Source: Alphaproteobacteria bacterium (lineage in GTDB: Bacteria > Pseudomonadota > Alphaproteobacteria > Rs-D84 > CASDRH01). From it: a stretch of DNA of 64,000 bases. Of the stretch, positions 58,095 through 64,000 are shown one piece after another. Location of the stretch: contig JAOASE010000003.1 of the NCBI GenBank assembly GCA_025210155.1, positions 11,519-75,518 on the forward strand, read 5' to 3'. Every line of letters starts with the position of its first letter. Within the stretch, counting starts at the first letter, position 1. Position numbers and translations under genes: made by a program. The notes below the pieces were generated by a model. It did no database searches and was not told the DNA's origin. It saw only the letters and a program-made list of their open reading frames with translations.

Positions 58095-59051
58095 CTAAAA
58101 AAAGCTTTTAAGCAACTTTTTAGTATTTTTTCTAATTATATATTTGATAAATGGTGTTTTAAAAGCACATCTCCACCATATTCTAGATTTTTTAACCTTA
58201 AAGTTATTCCATGGTTTCTTAGAACCAGTGCAATGTATTATAGCTGGATTTAAAACTGCTTTATCAAGATTTTCAGCTATCTCTGCAGGGAAAAATTTCT
58301 TCATACTTTTAAATTTAAATTTTCTATTAACATTAATATTATATCTCATATCAATTATTAATGTCTTTTCGTAAAATACAGAATTAAAAAAATCTTGATT
58401 GTGATATTCTATATCAGATTTAAAAGTCTTTAATCCAATTCTTTTCATCTCTTTTAAAAATAGAGTAGAGCATTTATCTTCTCTCATTTTCTTAAGATTC
58501 ATTAATTGAATACCTGCATTAAAGTAAGTTTCACAATTTTTATCTTCATAAAATTTAGCAAAGTATTCCTTAAAGTTCATACCATTTTTACATATTTTAT
58601 TTATTCCATGATAAGAATTATCAGTATGTCTCACAACGCCTGCATACTTATCTTTCAAATCAGTTTCATACATAGGAAGTAGATTATCATTAATTATTAT
58701 ATCTACATCCATATATAGTGCTTTATCTATCTCAGGGAAAGCATCTGCAACGAAATACAATGCATAAGTACCAATAGATAAATGCTCCCCATGATGAAAA
58801 TCTTTTAGAAACTCTAATTCCTTTTTGTTCTTCTTCGCCACATCATAAAACTTAATAGAAGAGTTTTCTAATTTATTATTTACAAAGTCTGTTAGGTTGT
58901 TTTTAACAACTTCATCATTACCAGAATATAATATATAAAAATCAGTTTTTATATTATTAGGTAAATATTTTCTCAAATTTACCATAGTTGTAGCCATATA
59001 AGGGCTATAATTATCATCTCCGGATAACACTACATTCATAGTCTTTCCCAT
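58095..59051 (-). CDS. Glycosyltransferase family 8 (LPS alpha-1,3-galactosyl/glucosyltransferase-like)
   Basis: MNVVLSGDDNY...YMDVDIIIN (DxD) and the rest of the GT8 pattern. Confidence 0.7.
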   Translation of the reverse strand: MGKTMNVVLSGDDNYSPYMATTMVNLRKYLPNNIKTDFYILYSGNDEVVKNNLTDFVNNKLENSSIKFYDVAKKNKKELEFLKDFHHGEHLSIGTYALYFVADAFPEIDKALYMDVDIIINDNLLPMYETDLKDKYAGVVRHTDNSYHGINKICKNGMNFKEYFAKFYEDKNCETYFNAGIQLMNLKKMREDKCSTLFLKEMKRIGLKTFKSDIEYHNQDFFNSVFYEKTLIIDMRYNINVNRKFKFKSMKKFFPAEIAENLDKAVLNPAIIHCTGSKKPWNNFKVKKSRIWWRCAFKTPFIKYIIRKNTKKLLKSFF

Positions 59052-59054
59052 TTA

Positions 59055-59522
59055 TTATATATCCTCTCTCTTTTTAAATTTATTAACTCCAAATACAATT
59101 GAATTACTTGGAACATCTTTTGAAACCACAGAGTTAGCTGCAATAATAACATTATCTCCTATTGATATATCCCCAACTATAACACTTCCAGAAAAAGCAA
59201 TAACATTATCTCCTATAACAGGTCTCTTTCCTCTGCCTCTAAAATCATCTTTACCACCAATGGTAACATTTTGATATATACAACACTTTTTACCAAGCTT
59301 TACATCTCCAGCAATAACTATTCCAACAGGATGAGGGAATTTAGTGCCAGCTCTCAGTAGTTTCATCAAATTATTTATCTGACAAGAATTTTTTACCCTT
59401 CTAAAAAAGCCACTTTTCTGACTAAATATTATTATAAATTCTCTTCTTAGAGGTTTAAAAATTAAAAAATTAGATAAAAATTTAACTACTTTTCTTCTTA
59501 CAAATAGAAGTTTGTTTTTCAC
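59055..59522 (-). CDS. Hexapeptide-repeat (LbH) acetyltransferase
   Basis: IGDNVIAFSGSVIVGDISIGDNVIIAANSVV hexapeptide repeats. Confidence 0.75.
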   Translation of the reverse strand: MKNKLLFVRRKVVKFLSNFLIFKPLRREFIIIFSQKSGFFRRVKNSCQINNLMKLLRAGTKFPHPVGIVIAGDVKLGKKCCIYQNVTIGGKDDFRGRGKRPVIGDNVIAFSGSVIVGDISIGDNVIIAANSVVSKDVPSNSIVFGVNKFKKREDI

Positions 59523-59538
59523 AACTATATCCTTTTCT

Positions 59539-60447
59539 TTATTCGTTAATCGGTAATATTAATAGATCACCAAACTTCTGATCCCAATCCAAAGGATTAA
59601 AATCTACCATACCACTCCCATTCCAAAAAGTAACCTCTCCAAAATAAATTTTTCCATTAGTAAAATAGAAATCAATTCTAGCGAAATAAAATTCTTTGCT
59701 AAGCTCTCTCGCAATATCAAGCATCCTATCAAACTCAGCAGGTTTTTTAAGCTTTTCATTAGTTAAAGGGTAGCCTGCTGAAGTAAATCTCATATCTTTC
59801 CATTTTGCATCAAAGAAAGTCCTCGTATGATTAGAGTTTCTATCAAAATCAACTTGTATGTATTTTGGATCTCCGTTAAAACAAAAGAATTTATAATCTT
59901 TAAGCTCTGATCCGTCATCTTCTTCTAAAAATTCTTCAGCTATAATTCTAGGTTTTATACCAACATAATTAAATTCAGCTTTTTGAGCTCCATACTTCTT
60001 TTTTAATTTTTTCTCAGCTTCAACAAAAAAGGCTTCTTTATCAAATTTATTTTTATCTTTAACTATCCAAACACCACCAGAGTCATGGGTTAGTTTAATA
60101 ACAAATCTTTTAGGTAATTTATTCCATTCAATATCTTCTAGCTTATCCCAAACACCATAGGATTTTACTAATATATCTTCAAAACCTTTAGAGGCAATAT
60201 AATCTCTAACAAGATGTTTATCAGCACATAATCTCATAGTAGAATTATTTTTGGTATAATATTTTAGCCATTGAACTTTCTCACTGAAAGTTTTTGGATT
60301 TTTAAGGTCCAGCTTATACCCCTTTCTCTTAAGAAAAAGCTTCTTAAGTTCCTTAACAGGAAGAATCTTATGTTTAGCTCTAAAACTACTTCTTTTTCTT
60401 TTGGAAAGTATTAAATAGGAAGCCAGCTCCAACAATTTATCTTTCAT
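59539..60447 (-). CDS. TupA-like ATP-grasp protein (glycan/teichuronopeptide-type modification)
   Basis: NPKTFSEKVQWLKYY, a hallmark of the ATPgrasp_TupA family. Confidence 0.55.
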   Translation of the reverse strand: MKDKLLELASYLILSKRKRSSFRAKHKILPVKELKKLFLKRKGYKLDLKNPKTFSEKVQWLKYYTKNNSTMRLCADKHLVRDYIASKGFEDILVKSYGVWDKLEDIEWNKLPKRFVIKLTHDSGGVWIVKDKNKFDKEAFFVEAEKKLKKKYGAQKAEFNYVGIKPRIIAEEFLEEDDGSELKDYKFFCFNGDPKYIQVDFDRNSNHTRTFFDAKWKDMRFTSAGYPLTNEKLKKPAEFDRMLDIARELSKEFYFARIDFYFTNGKIYFGEVTFWNGSGMVDFNPLDWDQKFGDLLILPINE

Positions 60448-60617
60448 ATTAAATTCTCCCTAAACATTAGTATTATAATAATCAGAGCAATTATACTTCT
60501 CTTAATAAAATAAGTCAATCCCAGGTTTATTAAAAAATACTTGACAAATATAATTTTGAGTATATATTGATTTGTACAAAGTAAGAATTTAAAAAATTTA
60601 ATAAAATTTGTACAATC

Positions 60618-61031
60618 ATGAAAAAGAAAGCGTTTATATTTCTGATATTATTTATCTTAACAGTCATTGTTGGCATATATGCCGTTAAAATCAGTACTAG
60701 AAAAAACTTCAAACCTCTTACAGAGAAGCAAGCCTTATCAAGTTATATAGGAGGTATGAGGTACCAGCTATTAGATTATATTAATGATGATACAGAAGGT
60801 TACACCGATGCACAACTTCGTGATATAGGAAAAGCTTATAAGGAGCTTTCCAAATATGTATCAGAGGTTAATATCGATAGGAGAGCCGAGGTTGCAGAGA
60901 TAAATAAAGAACGAGAAAAGACTTATGAAAGAATAGGGTACATAGTTTGGACCGTTTTCATAGTTTTAGTAATTGGCTTGATTATATCATTTATAAATTA
61001 CTATAGTGATTTATCTTTAATCGGCCGATAA
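60618..61031 (+). CDS. Hypothetical two-TM membrane protein (137 aa)
   Basis: Promoter TTGACA at about 60541. Terminator 61055-61090. Confidence 0.4.
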   Translation: MKKKAFIFLILFILTVIVGIYAVKISTRKNFKPLTEKQALSSYIGGMRYQLLDYINDDTEGYTDAQLRDIGKAYKELSKYVSEVNIDRRAEVAEINKEREKTYERIGYIVWTVFIVLVIGLIISFINYYSDLSLIGR

Positions 61032-61185
61032 TTAGGTTTAAATTTTTCGAGAATCCCCTTGCATTTTATATGTGAGGGGTATTTTTTTACCTACGAAAAA
61101 TAAAAGTCTTGACAAATGAAGAATCAAAATGTACAATGAGTTTAATTAATAATGTAAACATCTGACATAAATAAAAATTTACAAC

Positions 61186-61602
61186 ATGAACGCATCTGTA
61201 AATCAATTAGAAAGAATAGAGATAAACCTAAATCCATTGTTATTTAACGAGGAAGTAGGAAAATTTCTTGCTCCAAAAGGAAAAGTGGTTTTAAGTGGAT
61301 TGTTATCAGCAATCCTAAACACCTCTAAATACATGAGTGGAAATCCTGGAGAGGCCATAAGAGTTCTCATTGATAGGATTTTGCATGAATGTGAGAGTGA
61401 CAAGGCATACAGAAAAAGTATGTTAAATCGCCTAAGTATGCTACCTTTCACAGAGGAAATTCCTGATGTGGGAAAGGCTAAAACAAGAATTACAAATTCA
61501 ATTAATCGAGGAGTTAACATTCTAAGGATTGTTGATGGAAGTACATCTTTCATTCTGGAATTAGTTGATGGAAGCTCATCTGGTATTAGAACTGCCAGTT
61601 GA
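61186..61602 (+). CDS. Hypothetical protein (138 aa)
   Basis: Promoter TTGACA-N17-TACAAT at about 61101-61129 and terminator 61625-61659 on the + strand. Preferred over the overlapping antisense ORF. Confidence 0.4.
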   Translation: MNASVNQLERIEINLNPLLFNEEVGKFLAPKGKVVLSGLLSAILNTSKYMSGNPGEAIRVLIDRILHECESDKAYRKSMLNRLSMLPFTEEIPDVGKAKTRITNSINRGVNILRIVDGSTSFILELVDGSSSGIRTAS

Positions 61603-61777
61603 GATAAAACGCTAAAAAAAAGATATCCCCATACATTTTTGTAGGGGATGTTTTTTTTTGCATAAACTCCCATCTTGACTATTGTAGTCCTTTAATTTAT
61701 AATGTTTAGGAACTATTGCGAATGAAAATATTCGCAGTTTTATTTATAACAAATTATATAAGTATAAGGAAAAACAA

Positions 61778-64000
61778 GATGACTATGACAGTAAACCAAG
61801 TCCGTGAAAAATTTATGAAGTTCTTTGAAGGTAAAGGACATACGGCTGTCGCCTCATCACCAGTAATTCCTCAAAACGATAAAACACTATTGTTCATCAA
61901 TGCAGGTATGAACCAATTCAAAGATATTTTCCTAGGAAAAGAAACTAGAGACTACACTAGAGCATGCTCATCACAAAAGTGCCTTAGAGCCGGTGGTAAG
62001 CACAATGACTTAGAAAACGTAGGTTACACAAACCGTCATCATACATTCTTCGAAATGTTAGGTAATTTCTCTTTCGGAGATTACTTCAAAGAAGATGCTA
62101 TCAAATGGGCGTGGACATTCATTACTAAAGAAATGAAACTTCCAATCGATAAACTGTGCATAACTGTATACCATACAGACGACGAAGCATATAACATTTG
62201 GAAAGAAGTAGCTTGTCCAGACGGCTTAAAAGAAGAAAACATAATTCGTATTGCAACTAAAGATAATTTCTGGGAAATGGGCGAAGTAGGTCCATGTGGT
62301 CCATGTTCTGAAATCTTCTTCGATTATGGTCCAGAAGTATTCGGTGACAAACCAGGTACTCCAGACGAAGACGGTGACAGATGGGTAGAAGTATGGAACT
62401 TAGTATTCATGCAATATGAAAAGTACTACGGAGAAAATGGAGAAATCTTACAAAAAGATCTTCCTAAACCATGCGTAGACACAGGATCAGGTCTAGAAAG
62501 ATTTTCTTCAGTAGTTCAAGGTAAATCATCTAACTACGACACAGACCTTATTACAAACATCAAAGAAGGTATAAGCAAAATAATCAATGTAGACATTACA
62601 CCTGAAAATAATGTTCTATTCAATATCGTAGCAGACCATATCAGAGCGTGTTCATTTGCCCTAGCAGATGGAGCTGCATTCTCTAACGAAGGTCAAGGTT
62701 ACGTTATAAGAAAGATTATCCGTAGAGCATTAGGTACTCTAAATCGTCTAGGTATAGAAGAAGCTACTTTCTACAAATTCCATGACTTAGTAGTAAAAGA
62801 AATGGGCGACACATATAATGAGCTTAATGAAAAAGCAGATTACATTAAGAATGCCCTTAAGACTGAAGAAGAACTATTCCTTAGAACTCTTGGCGATGGA
62901 ATGAAAATACTAGATAAAGAGATTGCTAATATGCCAGAAGGAGATAAAATCCTTAAAGGTGAAACTGTATTCAAACTATACGATACTTATGGCCTACCAT
63001 CAGACATAGTAAGGGACGTTCTTAAAGACAAAGGTCTAGACATAGACGAAGAAGGCTTCCAAAAAGCTATGGAAGAACAAAAAGCTCGTTCAAGGGGAGC
63101 TAAGAAATCTGTATCAGGAACAGAAACAGAAAAGCTATGGTACGACATTAAAGCAGAACACGGTAGTACTAACTTCATAGGCGATAAAGAATATGAATGC
63201 GATGACGCAACTATCCTTTACATAGATGATGAAAAGATGGTATTCGATAAAACTCCATTCTACGCGGAAAGCGGTGGTCAGGTATCTGACAAAGGAGCTC
63301 TAGTATTCCTAGAAGGTAAACTAGATATCCTAGACGTACAAAAAGCAGTAGACGGTATCTTCGTACATTATTACCATATATGCGAAAGCTGTAAGAAATC
63401 TCCTGCACAACTTCAAGAAATCCTTAAAGTAGGCGATAAAGTAAAACTAGGCATAGACTCTCATAGAAGACAAAGAATTATGGCTCATCATACAGGCTGC
63501 CACTTATTACAAGCTGCCCTTAAAGAAGTGCTTGGTGACCACGTAGTACAAAGAGGTTCGAAAGTAGAACAATTCAAACTACACTTTGACTTCTCACACG
63601 GTAAAGGTCTAACAGACGAAGAAAAGGCTAAAGTAGAAGACTTAGTAAATACTTACATAGATCAAAAACTTCCAGTTAAACACGAAGAAATGACGTTAGA
63701 AGAAGCTCGTAAGACAGGCGCTATAGCTCCATTCGATGAAAAGTATGGAGATAAAGTTAAAGTTCTTACAATAGGAGAGGGCGAGAATCTTCCTTCTATA
63801 GAGTTTTGCGGTGGTACTCATATTGAAAACACATCTAAGATCAACTGCCTAGTATTTGAAAAAGATGAAAGTATCTCAGCTGGTGTTCGTCGTGTATCTA
63901 TGAGCAGATACTCTTTCGTTAAAGCTGGCGAAGCAGTAGAATTCGTACAAAATAAACGTAAAGAAGAGGCTGAAAAAGCTGAAGTTGAAAGACAAAAACA
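61778..64000 (+). CDS. alaS: Alanine--tRNA ligase (3' partial; continues beyond the window)
   Basis: MTMTVNQVREKFMKFFEGKGHTAVASSPVIPQNDKTLLFINAGMNQFKD is the canonical AlaS N-terminus. The frame is open to the window end. Confidence 0.9.

Noticed and set aside
61055-61659. Two similar hairpins (cccc…gggg stems with 13-nt loops containing 'cattttt') flanking ORF 61186..61602, considered as a REP-like repeated element.
   Set aside because: Each is followed by a T-run and sits at the end of a + strand gene. They are most simply ordinary intrinsic terminators, and their similarity is limited to a short GC core.
61203-61673. 156-aa ORF on the minus strand overlapping 61186..61602.
   Set aside because: A + strand promoter (TTGACA-N17-TACAAT) lies upstream and a + strand terminator downstream, favouring the + strand ORF. 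The minus ORF runs through that terminator.

Overview
The window is strongly AT-rich bacterial chromosome. The core genes point to a Gram-negative cell envelope: lpxB, murA, murD, mltA, a Tat-signal amiC, dacA, sppA, HU, map, tsaD, birA, pfk, alaS (3' partial) and rmuC (5' partial). Two tRNAs, CAT (Ile2/Met-type) and Thr-TGT, each have a TTGACA-N17-TATAAT-like promoter and an intrinsic terminator. Intrinsic terminators (GC hairpin plus T-run) are unusually clear throughout and often lie between convergent genes.

The main feature is a roughly 13 kb block (about 7.1-20.4 kb) encoding a T7-like podovirus structural module: scaffold gp9-like, major capsid gp10-like, tail tubular A and B (gp11- and gp12-like), a truncated gp17-like tail fibre containing only the N-terminal domain, terminase large subunit gp19-like, and a gp8-like portal placed last. 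It has no RNA polymerase, replication, internal core (gp13-16), lysis or integrase genes. Its genes carry the same upstream promoter and leader motifs as host housekeeping genes, which suggests a domesticated or degenerate phage-derived particle system.

Several things inside this block are unusual. The terminase gene is split into separate ATPase and nuclease ORFs by a 334-bp non-coding insert carrying two tandem copies of a ~64-bp hairpin repeat with CU-rich loops. Two tandem type IV pilin-like genes sit between terminase and portal. A membrane protein with Arg-rich termini sits between scaffold and capsid. A terminated leader or small RNA lies at the head of the block. Three TTGAnTCAA palindromes lie after the capsid terminator.

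Outside the phage-like block, an ArsR-controlled thiol-redox operon contains two thioredoxin-like paralogs, a CcdA/DsbD-like domain fused to an ArsP/DUF318 permease (TPFCSCS motif), and a 'redox-active disulfide protein 2'. There are at least four tandem pairs of paralogous hypothetical genes, each copy with its own promoter and terminator. Other items: a BPL_N-like amidotransferase-fold gene convergent with and overlapping birA, an apparently split sodium:solute symporter, and an LPS/glycan cluster (two glycosyltransferases, an epimerase, an LbH acetyltransferase, a TupA-like ATP-grasp protein). No CRISPR array, rRNA, IS element or integrase was seen. All homology statements rest on motif recognition and recalled reference sequences, not on database searches.
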